The position numbers were made by a program, and so were the translations under genes. From the NCBI GenBank assembly GCA_951406725.2, contig OX597834.1, positions 30,008,001-30,072,000 of the forward strand: a stretch of DNA of 64,000 bases, given 5' to 3'. The notes under the pieces were generated by a model. The model had not been told where the DNA came from, made no database searches, and worked only from the letters and a program-made list of their open reading frames with translations. The stretch's first letter is position 1, and each line of letters opens with the position of its first letter. The stretch is from Octopus vulgaris (taxonomy: Eukaryota). Positions 40,680-53,890 of this stretch are shown here, piece by piece.

Positions 40680-41096
40680 GGATTTTTCGGTTTGAACGGC
40701 AGTTTTTTCTAGTGGTGTCATACGAAATTGTCACCCATAATTATGACCCGAGTATCGATCTATTGCATTTCAATCTGTTTTAGGGTTAGGGTTAGCGGTG
40801 GGGGGAAGGGTATCTTTTTTTCTTCATAAATGTAAATAAACCCAATCTGTTTCTTAAACGAGGGACATATTCATACGGCACAGAATGTTTTTTTTTACCT
40901 CAATGGACGTCATTGATTGGTTGAAATTGCAGAAATTGAAGAAAAAAACAACGATATCTTACAAACTATTGAATTTTCTCAATAAAGCCAAGAGAAAAAG
41001 ATGTTTTATAAACACATTCTACCAGTATACGAAGTTTAAAATTTTTTAGTTACCTAGAAATTATGTTAAAAACTGCCGTTCAAACCGAAAAGATCC
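40680..41096. mobile_element. MITE, Merlin-like (family 1)
   Basis: Same TIRs as 29033-29450; 9-bp TSD CTCATTTTT. Confidence 0.82.
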
Positions 41097-41207
41097 CTCA
41101 TTTTTTGTTAAGACACCAAACTACATTAACCATGTTACCTACAATATCAACGTTGTCCTGGTTTGAGCGCAAGAAATTATATACGACAGAACAAGCTTTA
41201 TAACATA

Positions 41208-41606
41208 CTAGCAGCATAGCCCGGCGTTGTCCGAGTATGTAAGAGCCCCTAGTAGGCAACGACTAATCCCAATCTAGTTCTTTCCCTCTAGGGAACGAAG
41301 GCGCATGTGTAGGTTGCAATGTCTTCTCTTCACTCGAATACTTCTATGTATACGATGTTCCTAGCTGTCTCCCGACAGAAAATGTGTTGCATATAAAAAG
41401 CTTAGATTCTCGACCCCATGTCGAATTTATCGATTTTTTCAGAACTGGGGGAACTTTTCAAAATTTTCGCTGCGTTAGTTTTGAATTATGACATTGGGCT
41501 ATGTGTGTGTCAAGATTCATCAGAATCGGTTGAAAGCCGTGGTCAGGGTGAGGGTACAACCTGACAGACACACAGACAAACAAACTGCCGTTTATATAGA
41601 GAGAGA
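41208..41606 (-). mobile_element. Non-autonomous Helitron (variant)
   Basis: CTAG end with diverged hairpin (ctagcagcatagcccggcgttgtccgag); 41405-41600 matches 12481-12685. Confidence 0.8.
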
Positions 41607-42205
41607 TTCCTGGCTTGCTTACTGTTCTCTAGTTTACTTTCCACATCTGAAACAGCTTGATTTTGTACGAAAACACTTTCCCAGCACAGTCTGGAAAACA
41701 CCAAATTCACTCGAGATATACGTTTTCACTTTGATAGGGCTCTGGAAACGTCCGAACGTGGACCCACAAGAATCTGGTTATGGTGAGTGAAGCTAGACAT
41801 TCGTGTTTTGATACTGGAAATGATAAAATTCTTGAATTCAGTATCTATCTAATTGTCTAAGCAGTTTTTATGGGGGGCAATTTACTGTTATTTATAGAAC
41901 ACAGAACAGAAACCAATGCGTCAATTCCCTTGATAAATCACTGATTTCATCTTATTTCAACTGAGTTCCTGGTAACACGATCTCTGTGATAAACATGAGA
42001 AAGTAGCTTTAAAGAAAGCCAACCACTCGTTGCATGTCTTATGTAACATACTTACACACACACACACGTGTACACTCACGCAATCCTCAACAAATGTATA
42101 GTTACACATTCACACACATACACACGCACATATATGTGCGTGTGTATCATATATTATGTCGTCAGAGGAATTCGTTCATTTTCCCCTTTATTTTAATCCT
42201 TTATT

Positions 42206-42483
42206 GGCGATCTTTCGTCTCTAGTAGACCTTTCCGTCGATTTCCGTAAAAAACTTCTTTCTTTTTTTTACATATGGGCTTGCGGTCTCCCACACCCCAT
42301 CAAACACACACATCAATGTTCCCATGCACGGTAACTTCAAAAGAACTTCCCTCGTCATACAATCGCTTTCTCTTAGTCTCTTTCGCTCTCATTACTTCAA
42401 AAGTTCCCGCAAGCCCATATGTAAAAAAAAATATTATTTTTACGGAAATCGACGGAAAGGTCTACAAGAGACGAAAGATTGCC
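42206..42483. mobile_element. MITE, Merlin-like (family 2)
   Basis: TIR GGCGATCTTTCG/CGAAAGATTGCC; 8-bp TSD CCTTTATT. Confidence 0.82.
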
Positions 42484-42519
42484 CCTTTATTTTTCATCTA
42501 CTATTTTAACAAATGAGTC

Positions 42520-43240
42520 GGTAATAAATATTTGTGCTGATGACTTATTGCTAACGTTCCACTAACTTGTCAATGTGTTGATGGTAAAAATCAATGTAGA
42601 TTTATCTGGTCCCGTTTCCAGCTCCACACCGTTGTAGAACGAAGCGCCTCCCAGATTGTTGGAGAGAGACCGGAAAATGTAATAATCTGAAAGTGAAATA
42701 TCAAGAGAACACAGTGGGAGTGGTAGAACTCTCCACTCGAGCTCTTGGATAGCATTTCGGTCGAATTTGCGACGTGGGAGTGAATGCTGTCTGGACCCAG
42801 TAGGATCGTTTCAGTGAGATTAATTCATTCATCCATACCCATCACTGGAAAGTGACAGGAGATGGTATTCTAAAAGTATCCCATCGACCCCGAAAGGATG
42901 AAAGGTAAAGTCGACCTCGAGTTCAAATTCCGCCGAGGTCGACTTTGCCTTTCATCCTTTTCGGGGTCGATAAATTAAGTACCAGTTACGCATTGGGGTC
43001 GATATAATCGACTTAATCCGTGTGTCTGTCCTTGTTCGTCCCCTCTGTGTTTAGCCCCTTGTGGGTAGTAAAGAAATAGGTATTCTAAAAGTATCCCATC
43101 CAGTGGCGGCACGTGTATAGGCATTGCAGCACTTCATATTTCCACTCAATATTATTGATAACATTCAGTACAATGAGTCCCTTTTTCTTTAATTCTTTCT
43201 TTAATCCTTCATGCTGGGGAGAGACAGAACTGTCGTTCAC
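42520..43240 (-). pseudogene. Mariner transposase 3' relic
   Basis: AIQELEWRVLPLPLCSLDISLSDYYIFRSLSNNLGGASF matches decayed WEVLPHPPYSPDLAPSDYHLFRSL; upstream extent uncertain. Confidence 0.75.
42886..43078 (+). mobile_element. SINE family A, 5'-truncated with 5' inversion
   Basis: 42883-42919 is an inverted body piece; 22-bp TSD GGTATTCTAAAAGTATCCCATC (42864-42885/43079-43100). Confidence 0.9.
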
Positions 43241-43245
43241 TAAGT

Positions 43246-43478
43246 ACCTATTTCTTAATTACCCACAAGGGGCTAAACACAGAGGGGACAAACAACGACA
43301 GACATAGGTATTAAGTCGATTACATCGATCCCCAGTGCGTAACTGGTACTTAATTTATCGACCCCGAAAGGACGAAAGCAAAGTCGACCTCGGCGGAATT
43401 TGAACTCACAACGTAAGGCAGACGAAATACCGCTAAGCACTTCGCCCGGCGTGCTAACGTTTCTGCCAGCTCGCCGCC
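43246..43478 (-). mobile_element. SINE family A
   Basis: Full-length reverse-complement copy; no clear TSD. Confidence 0.9.
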
Positions 43479-43965
43479 ACCGGTGAAAGGTAGTGTTTCT
43501 TTTTGACTCCGCTCGTATTGTTCTTAAAAACGTGTTTATATTCTTGAATGTAATAAAGTGTAGAATTAGATTATTATCCTGCTTCCAGCTTCAGTGTTGC
43601 TACCAGGATTTGATAAATAGGGCAGATCCCCATCCCTTATTTTGGCTTCTTTCAATTTCCCTTCCACCAAATCCATGAACAAAGCTTTGGTCGCCCGGAG
43701 GCTGTAGTAAAAAGCACTTGCCCAACTTGTCATGCATGTACGTGTGTGTGTGAACTATAGCCCTCACACATGATCGTGGATGATTCGGTAGCATATGCCA
43801 TGCTTTCTCTAATTGCTTTAAATGTTTTTGTAGTCACAAGCAAAAATCTCACCTTTCTGACTCAACAGATTACTCAGAATATGATAGCTGGAGAGAGAGA
43901 GAGGGAGAGAGGAAGAGAAGGGGGAGCTGTAAAACTATTAACAAATGCGTTACATATTCAGTTGT

Positions 43966-44357
43966 GGAGGCGCAATGGCCCAGTGGTTAGGGCAGCGGAG
44001 TCGCGGTCATAGGATCGCGGTTTCGATTCCCAGACGGAGCGTTGTGAGTGTTTATTGAGCGAAAACACCTAAAGCTCCACGAGGCTCCGGCAGGGGATGG
44101 TGGTGATCCCTGCTGTACTCTTTCACCACAACTTTCTCTCACTCTTACTTCCTGTTTCTGTTGTACCTCCTATTTCAAAGGGCCGGCCTTGTCACTCTCT
44201 GTGTCACGCTGAATATCCCCGAGAACTACGTTAAGGGTACATGTGTCTGTGGAGTGCTCAGCCACTTACACGTTAATTTCACGAGCAGGCTGTTCCGTTG
44301 ATTCGAATCAACCGGAACCCTCATCGTCGTAACCGACGGAGTGCTTCCACTCCACAC
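43966..44357 (+). mobile_element. tRNA-derived SINE (family D)
   Basis: A box TGGCCCAGTGG, B box GTTTCGATTCC; TSD ACATATTCAGTTGT (43952-43965/44358-44371). Confidence 0.88.
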
Positions 44358-45732
44358 ACATATTCAGTTGTTATCTGCGGAGTACATGGCACTTGCATCT
44401 ATTCATGTACGTGCTGTTACCATACCTTCAATATCATACGTATAAAATACACGAGAATAAGGATTGGTGTTAATGAATAAATTAAAAGGATGTCTCTTTT
44501 TTTTTTTTACTTATATGATCGCCTCTTTGAATTTTCGCACGTCCATTTGGTAGGAAGTAAATTATTTTAGCCAATGGGCAGTTGAAAAAACAACGATCGA
44601 GTCTGTTCATAGATTTCGATTATTTACTTAAAACTGCAAAATTTTTAACAGAATGTCTTTCTACAGTGAGTATGTTGATCTGCTTTACTTATCTTGTTTT
44701 TTAAAAGGCATACATCACAACTTCTAAAGTTATTAATGTAGATAGACACGTTCCACAAAGACCAATTGATAATTTTCTTTTTCTAATATCATCTTTCAAT
44801 GTCCAGATATATTTGGGGAGTGAAGTGGTGAAGGAAATTTATGAGTGCTTATGTGCATTGCGTGAATCTTCTTTAAAAGATTTTCAGTAAACCGTACATA
44901 ACTTTTTGCTTTATCATTTTGCGAAGGTGACCGTGATTCAATAAAGCAGTGTTTAAAAAGACATATCGTCGAGAAAGTAGATATTTAGGTTGTTATGATT
45001 ACACAGATAGAAAGAGTTTTTCTGTATCTGGACAAGAAAGATTTCATCTATTTATACTAGTTTCAGGTGCAGCGACGTTTTTGATGCAAATGTAGTTCAC
45101 CATAAAGTTATTTTTTCCTAAATACCTTACCTACGGTTTTGATATCTGTGACGAAAGGATTCTTCATTAAGTACAGAGAAAGTCTAGCAACATTAGAATG
45201 AATGTTGAAGCTACATGTAGGATTATACCATATAATATTTCGTTCCCTCTCTCTTTTTTTTTTTACATATATAAATGTTGTTTTGTGTAGAATGTATGCT
45301 ATCTTTAGAGCCAGTGTTTTTAATGCATAGTTGACATAACGAGTTACACACGGTTAAGCAATTCCTCATCACAGAATAAGTTGGCAATTCGCTTAATAAT
45401 GTTATTTAGTAAGTTTTTAAGTATCATTGGCGGCAAGCTGGAATTTACTTATTGATATATATGTGTGTGTGTATGTACGTACGAACATGTATTTGCACAC
45501 ATAATATAGAAGCACATCACACGCGCTGTAGAATCCATGCCAAAGCTGACATTGGAGCTCGACGCAGTCCTGCGGCTTGCTGGGTCCTGTTAAACCGTCC
45601 AGTCTACAACAGTATGGGAAACAGATGTTAAATGATATTGAGATGATGATGATGAGGAGGAGGAGGAGGATATCTATCTATCTATCAGTCTGTCTCTATG
45701 TATGTGTGTATGTATGCTTATGTATGTATATG

Positions 45733-45779
<47 letters not shown>

Positions 45780-46729
45780 CTGTTGTTTCTTGTTTGTAGT
45801 TTAACTCTTCTCTCTGAATTCCGTTCCAACAAATTGCTGAAGACTCCACATGCGAGATATGAACCATGAAATTCCGAGTTAGATCTTTCACCTTAAATGA
45901 TTATAATCCCCACCCCCCATTTCTTTCATTTCTTTCTAAATATCTGAAACACTGCAGACACACACACAAGTATACTACATGCATACACACACACACACAC
46001 ACACGTTCACGAAATATAAGGTTGTAAAAGAAGTTGGTCGAGTAGTTTTCTTCCGGTACAAATGATCAATTTTAATCCCTCCTCCTCCGCCTCCCCTTCC
46101 CCCTCTTCTTACAATCTTCTTCCCCACCCTCCCATCACGTCCCACCGCCACCACCGCCACCTCTCTTCTAAGCAACACGTTTCCCTGTTAATGTTAACGC
46201 GTTGCTGACAAGTGAAGGCTCTGTGTGTGTGTGTACGTGCATGTGTATGTGTGTGCGTGTTTGTGTGGGTGGGTGGGTGTAGCAGATGGGGGACTCTACC
46301 GCAACCACCACCACCACATCGTTTGCCACCAACGATGGAGCCTCTACGGGATCATTCTTCAACCAGCTAGAAATAGAAGCTAAACCTCCCTCAAATCGCG
46401 CATCAGACCCCGTCCGTCGTCTTAGTAAACAGCACGTCGCATAATGTCGTTGGATCCTGGATCTTGGATGTTTCCGGAATATATACGATTAAGACAGGAT
46501 GGTCATAGCTGGAATGTTTTTCATGAAAAAGTGTGCTAGGTCAGGGTTGGTTTGGGGGTAAATAACTGTCTACACGTTTCACAATCACCACCACCTCCAT
46601 CAACCATCACCAACACCATCACCACAACCACCACAATTTTCATCACTTCTACGATCTCATCACGACCCACACCTGTTCCAGCACCACCGCAACCACTGCT
46701 TCTACACCCACCTCAGCCACCACCACCAC

Positions 46730-46890
46730 CACCATCTTCACCATCTTCGCCATCATCGTCATCATCATCATCGTCGTCGTCATCATCATCGTCATCATCA
46801 TCATCATCAATCATCATCATCGTCATCAATCATTCATCATCATCATCACCATCATCGTCATCATCATCATCGTCGTCGTCATCATCATCG

Positions 46891-46925
<35 letters not shown>

Positions 46926-47015
46926 GTCATCAATCATTATCATCATCATCATCACCATCATCGTCATCATCATCATCATCGTCGTCGTCATCATCATCAT
47001 TATTATCATCATCAC
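46730..47015. repeat. (TCA)n/(TCG)n trinucleotide repeat
   Basis: Direct inspection. Confidence 0.95.
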
Positions 47016-48399
47016 TAACACAGCCATCAACACGAGGTTCATGGTGTTTATTAAGTTTCGTAAAGAGTGTGTATGTCTGTGTGTGTGTGTGTGTATGTGT
47101 GTGTGTGTGTGTGTGTAAGCAAATTAGACTCCAAATCCCTGTTGGTCATTTTTTGGCCAGCCGTTTCGGTAATTCTTCGCATCCTTCTTCACCATTTTCT
47201 TCTTTCTTTACTCTTCGTTCTTCGCTTCCTGCTTCCTTCCCCCTCACCCCTCATCCCTCCACTCTCTCTCCCTCTCTCTCTCTAGTCGGAAAATAACTTT
47301 TTCCGGACAGACAAGAAATTTGTTGGAGTGTTTGTTTCTTTTTATTTTTTTCTATTTTTTTTTTTTTCATTTTTTCTTCTTAATCTCTTTTTCTTTTCTG
47401 CTTCCTCTCCTTTCTTTTGGTAACCAAAGAAAGCGATGACGAGAAGGGGGAAAGCAGAAGAAAAACCCCGCACAAGCAGCAGACATGTCCATACATACAT
47501 ACACACACACATACATACATACATACATACATACATACATACATACATACATACGTACGTACGTACATACATACAGACAGACAGACAGAGATACACGCAA
47601 AAGCTCGCGCGCGCACACACTCACACACATCATATACTCATACACACACACACGTGTATGTATTTGCGACTACGTGTGCGCGCGTGTGTATGTGTACGCG
47701 CGTGTGTGTGTACGCGTGTGTAATTAAATGCAGACCGTGGGATATACCGGAATTATTACCAATAATAATAATAATAATAATAATCGCAGCAATAACAAGA
47801 AAAAGAAAATATCAAAAACAGAGGCGAAGACAGAAATGAGAAGAAATAGGGGAGAGAGAGAGAGAGATAGTGAGAGAGAGAGAGTGAGAGAGAGTGAGAG
47901 AGAAGAGAGAGAGAGTGAGTGAGAGAGTGAGGGAGAGAGAGAGAGAGAAGAGAGGAGAGACTGCAGCCAGAGTCAATTTAAACTTGCAACCTTCCAATTA
48001 ATATTTAAGTAAAAAGAGTTTGAAGGATTTTTTAAAGAACTTGAACGGAAGCCAACTTGTTGATATATAATTTAACATTAACTCTTCCTCTCTCTCTCTC
48101 TCCTTCCTCTTCCGCCCCCACCGCCGATCTTACCGCCGCCGCCTCCACCACCACCATTACAGCCACAGCCTCTGCCATCGCCCTCACCACCACCACCACC
48201 GTGTACCCCGCAGGCGCTACAAGTTCCCCCCCCGTCGTTATCTCTTTTCGTTTCTTTTTCTCTTGCTCTCTCAGTTTTCTTTCTTTTATTTTCCGTCTAT
48301 CTTTCTCTCTCTATCTATATCAATGTATATATCCATCTCTAGCTTTATCTATCCATATATCTAGCTTGTTCTTCATATATAGTATAGCTTTGCTGTTTA

Positions 48400-48453
<54 letters not shown>

Positions 48454-48617
48454 CGTATATGTATATCTAGCGATCTACCCCTCCATCTGTCTGTCTACCT
48501 ATCTATCTATCTGTCTATCTATCTATTTATCTACCTCTCTATCTATCTATCTATCAATCTATCTGTCTACCTACCTATCTATCTGTCTACCTATCTATCT
48601 ACCTATCTACCTATCTG

Positions 48618-48672
<55 letters not shown>

Positions 48673-50366
48673 CTATCTGTCTATCTATCTATCTATTTAT
48701 CTTTCTCTCTCTCTCTCTCTCTTTCTTATGTTTCTAGTTAATGTCACGTTTTTTATTTTTATTTTACCCTCTTCATCGCTGCAGTCTTTCATTTTCCTTA
48801 TTATTCTTCTTGTAATTCTTCTTTTAACCGCTGCTTGCCACCAGCCAGCCACAGCCAGCCTTTTCTGATCCACGTCTTCTGTGCGCGTGTCTTTCGATTC
48901 CTTGTGGCCCCCAAAACGGTAACATTGTACTCAATGGGAAAAGAGGCCGAAAGTAGCAAAAGAAAAAAAAGGCGGGAGAGAGGAAAACAAACTGAAGAAA
49001 TAGACACAGATGTGTGTGTTATGTGTGTGTGTATGTGTGTGTGTGTATGTGTGTGTTATGTGTATGTGTATGTGTGTGTGTATGTGTGTGTGTATGTGTG
49101 TGTGTATGTGTGCAGAGAGAGATTGAATCAATGAATGAGTGAAAAAGAGAGAAAGAAAGAAAGAGAGCAAGAGAAAGGTAGAGAGACAGAATGAAGGGGT
49201 GGGTGACGGGGGGAAGGGGCCACATGAACCGTTCGCTTGTATAGGAACGATAAGAAAAAAAAAAGGGAGTAAGAACAAATTACTGCTTGTATAGAAATCA
49301 TTGTTGTTGCTCTTATTATTAATGTTATTATATTGGTGGTGTGTTTGGACAAGCATATTGTTTCATAACGTAAATATTTTTTTGAAAGGATAGGAATAAA
49401 AAAAATAAAAAAGTATGTAGAAGGATAAAAAAAAGAGGGACCAAACTTTCACATTACAATTAATATAATGCACTGTGATCCAGAGAACAACAACGACGAT
49501 AGCAACAACAACAATAATAATAATAATAATAATAATGATAATAATAATAATGATAATAATAATAATGATGATCACAATAATAAAATGGTTACGAAGACAT
49601 CGTTATAAAAACATTATTATTATTATTTATAGGGAACAAAACCAACCAGACTACTTTCATCATCACCACAATCGTCGCTACAACAGCAACAACAAGAGCA
49701 ATAACAACTAAAAGTTATAAGAGAAACCCCCACCGCCTTTCACTGTTACTTAAACCGACCGCACACACATATATAGACACACACACACAGATAGGACTCA
49801 CACACGCATACACACCACCAGCCCAGCAGCACTTTTAAAACCACCCCCCAAAAAATACATCACCGTTTCTACTATAACCAGTACTACAACAAACCCGAAA
49901 TCCACCACCACCTCTACCACTAACACTACCAACTCCACGTATAACGCCAAACTACATCACCACCAGCACAATCACCATCACCATCACCATTATCATCAGC
50001 ATCATTGCCACCACCACCACCACCACCACTACTACCACCACCATCATCATCATCATCATCACCACATTGACAACATCCGCGACTCAGCAAAGGGAGCCTC
50101 GACGTGGTCGTTCGACTTGCTAAAAATAGCAGCCAAGTTTATGTCCAAAAAAAAAAAAAATGATAAATGATAATGATAAGGAATTAATTGGTCATGGTTG
50201 GAACGTCGTTGATCCTCCCTGCCTGCACAGTCAGGGCTGAGTCGACGGACTAAACAACAACAACAACAACAACAGCATTGAGAATATTTAACATCTTTTA
50301 TTGCAACAGAAGAATTTATAGCCAACCGGCTTCCCAGCCACACCCCCTCCGCCCACTACCATCATC

Positions 50367-50397
<31 letters not shown>

Positions 50398-50790
50398 CGT
50401 AGGTACGTACGTACATACATACATACAAATTCACGCACTGACATACATAACATACACACACATATATATATATATGTGTGTGTGTGTGAATATATATATA
50501 TATACACACATACTAAAGATACCTACATATATATACACAGACACATACATATACATACACACATATATATACACACACATACTAAAGATACCTATATATA
50601 TACATATACACGCACACACATAAATACATACATAAGTATAGACATAACACACACCTCATACAGCTATTACATACGCATACATCTACTATCCATACACACA
50701 CACACACACACACGCAGCAAACACACACATGCCCAATATAACATAACGACACATACATACACGCAACACATACATAACGTATACATATAC

Positions 50791-50860
<70 letters not shown>

Positions 50861-50925
50861 TATATATAGATATACATATATATATATATATACATATATA
50901 TACACATATATATATACACATATAT

Positions 50926-51244
50926 ATTCACACTTACCAGCCATACATATATATATACACATATATATATATATATACACATATATATTCACACTTACCA
51001 GCCATACATATATATATACACATATATATTCACACTTACCAGCCATACATATATATATACACATATATATATATACACATATATATTCACACTTACCAGC
51101 CATACATATATATATATACACATATATATTCACACTTACCAGCCATACATATATATATACACATATATATTCACACTTACCAGCCATACATATATATATA
51201 TACACATATATATTCACACTTACCAGCCATACATATATATATAT

Positions 51245-51293
<49 letters not shown>

Positions 51294-51408
51294 TTCACAC
51301 TTACCAGCCATACATATATATATACACATATATATATATATATACACATATATTCACACTTACCAGCCATACATATATATATACACATATATATTCACAC
51401 TTACCAGC
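50926..51408. repeat. Minisatellite: 10 copies of ATTCACACTTACCAGCCA with variable (TA/CA) spacers
   Basis: Invariant 18-bp core counted 10 times; minus strand reads TG|GTAAGT. Confidence 0.92.
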
Positions 51409-51572
51409 CAACCAGCCAACCAGCCAGCCAGCCTGCAAGCCTTACCAGCCAACACCGACCCCAACACCATCGCCACACTCTTACTACGACCCCCAAAATA
51501 CATCGCCACTACCGCCAGCATCTTCACCACCGACAGCAACATCAACAAAACTCCAATTTGACAAGTGAAGAA

Positions 51573-51648
51573 ATGGCAGTGCGGTTCCGATGTTATGCCT
51601 TACCATTAATCTCTGGTATTATTTTACTATGGGTGCCGCTCCTGGAAG
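51573..51648 (+). CDS. Probable first coding exon of a secreted or membrane protein (signal peptide)
   Basis: gaaATGG context; [25 protein letters not shown] (basic n-region, hydrophobic h-region); phase-1 donor AAG|GTAGGT; unique sequence. No downstream exon identified. Confidence 0.55.
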
Positions 51649-52189
51649 GTAGGTTACTCAATCTATTCCTTATTAATATCATTCGAGATATATATTCTTA
51701 TTTCTACATCAATCTCGTGTTTTTAATGCGTTAGCGTGCGTGTCTGTGTGCGCGTGTGAACCGTATTATATCTTTCGTACATATAGATGGCATGTGTCTG
51801 TGTGTGTGTATGTGTCGGTGTGTGTGTGTGTGTAGGTGTGTGTGTGTGTATTGAACCTCAAAAGACACGTGTTGAATTCTCTCTTTCTTTTTTCTTTCGA
51901 TTCTTCACCAATTTGTGTATACACACACATATTCACTCGCAGACACCCACAAACACATAATCTGTGAAGTCCACCACGTGTATGTATATAAACAGTTATA
52001 CATAACATATATGTGTACGCACAAACATACGTACATACATACATATACATGTATACATACAAACGTATACATGTATATACATATATGTGTATATATATTT
52101 ATATATATATGCATGTATATGTGTATGTATCTATCATACATGTATTTATATGTGTGTGTATTTATATATATATATGTTTATATATTTAT

Positions 52190-52278
<89 letters not shown>

Positions 52279-53094
52279 TATATATATATACATACATTGA
52301 TGTCTACACCATGTAACTGCATACATACATATAAACAAGCATACATACACACATGTATATACATATATAAATATATATGGAGATGTACTCATAGCAAGTG
52401 ATTTGATCTGAGACCGTTTGACAAATTAAACTTAAATGTTGAAGTGAATCAAACGGCTTTTGTGTGTTTCTTAAATGGCTTACAAACACCTTCCACGCTG
52501 CAATTGTTAAATATATATGTATATATACAAATATATACATACATGCATACACACATACACATACAGATGTACATGCATATAGGTGAGTGTAGTTAATAGA
52601 GAAGTATTTTGTATGAGTATATATGTGTATGTATATATTTATATATATATATACACTCACAGACTTGCACATGTATATATGAACTAGAAATGTATGAAAT
52701 TTACAAATATATCTATATTTACGTCATTTGTATTTCTAGAACTTTTATGTGTATACACCCCATTTATGTATGTAGATCATATTTGTGAATGTAAACTGTA
52801 TAAATGTATAGATCATGTGTGTGTGCATAAATATGATGTATATGTGTGTATATATATATATAAATATATGTATTAAGGTTCTGGATGTAAGGGCATACTT
52901 TTAATGAATGTCTGACGAAGTGTCACCCCACTCTTTAAATACTTGCAAATATTCAGATATTCTCCAAGTTTTCACGTGGAACTTTTGTGAGAATTAACGT
53001 TCAAAACAGAGTTGCTACAAAAACAATTGTAACTGCTCATTGAAGATGCGATTTTGTCTTTTGTTGTCTTTTTCTTTGAATTATATATATCTAT

Positions 53095-53270
53095 CTATCT
53101 ATCTTTTTTCTCTCTCTTTGTTTTTTTCTGTGTCCCTTTCTGTAGAAGAGCGTAGGCTCGAAACGTAAAAGAGTTTTTTCTATTCCTAAGCGTTATACTA
53201 ATACATCTGTTTGTTTTGTACACCACCTGTCTTCGTCTTTTGTTTTTTTTTTCGTAAACTCTCCCTATAT
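53095..53270 (+). mobile_element. PLE pseudo-LTR-like relic with minimal hammerhead variant
   Basis: CTTT-CTGTAGA-A-GAGC-GTAG-GCTC-GAAAC-GTA-AAAG (53136-53171). Confidence 0.6.
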
Positions 53271-53326
53271 ATGTATATATATGTATATACACATGTAAAC
53301 AAATGACAACAGATAGATTGTGGTTC

Positions 53327-53417
53327 ATTCACTACAGCTGTTTCAAACGAGTTTTTTTTTTTATTGATGATTAGAGCTATTACATCATGTGAAAAAAGGT
53401 GTTTTCATCAGGTGAAT
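53327..53417 (-). ncRNA. Type I hammerhead ribozyme
   Basis: Stem I ATTCAC/GTGAAT; CTGATGA (53411-53405); stem II AAAC/GTTT with long loop; GAAA; palindromic ACAGCTGT; GTA (53335-53333). Confidence 0.7.
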
Positions 53418-53660
53418 ATACACATGTTGAACATTTTAAAAAGGATTCCCTGGCTCTTACCAGGAAATCATGAAGGGGCACATTATGTCGATTCTTGGAA
53501 TATTTTTTAAAAATTCATGTATATTCACCTGACGAAAACGTTTTGTTATCATTTGTGTATTACTCGCCTTATTCGGAACCTGCAACTAGCATGGATCTGG
53601 AGTCAATTAAGTGCAGTACAATCACAAATTTCAGACTCATGGTATATTCAATCAGGCATG

Positions 53661-53890
53661 TCATCATCATCATCATCGTTTAACGTCCGTTTTCCTTGCT
53701 ACCATGGATTGGACGGTTCGACCAGGGTCTTGGGAAGCCAGGGGGCTGCACCAGGCTCCAGTCTGATCTGGCAGTGTTTCTAAAGCTGGATGTCCTTCCT
53801 AACACCAACCACTCCGTGAGTGTAGTGGGTGCTTTTTACGTGCCACCGGCACAGGTGCCAGGGGAAGCTGGCAACGGCCACGATCGGTTG
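53661..53890 (-). mobile_element. SINE-like family C
   Basis: (CAT)n plus reverse complement of the family C body. Confidence 0.82.

Noticed and set aside
43966-44040. tRNA gene
   Set aside because: A/B boxes continue into a SINE body bounded by a TSD; no proper acceptor stem. The same applies to the other SINE heads.
46552-47118. Poly-Ser/Pro ORF; also poly-His 22427-22702 and poly-Val/Thr 11545-12229
   Set aside because: Trinucleotide repeats without splice or domain support.
50926-51408. CRISPR-like repeat-spacer appearance
   Set aside because: Spacers are TA/CA microsatellite rather than unique sequence; no cas genes; eukaryotic context.
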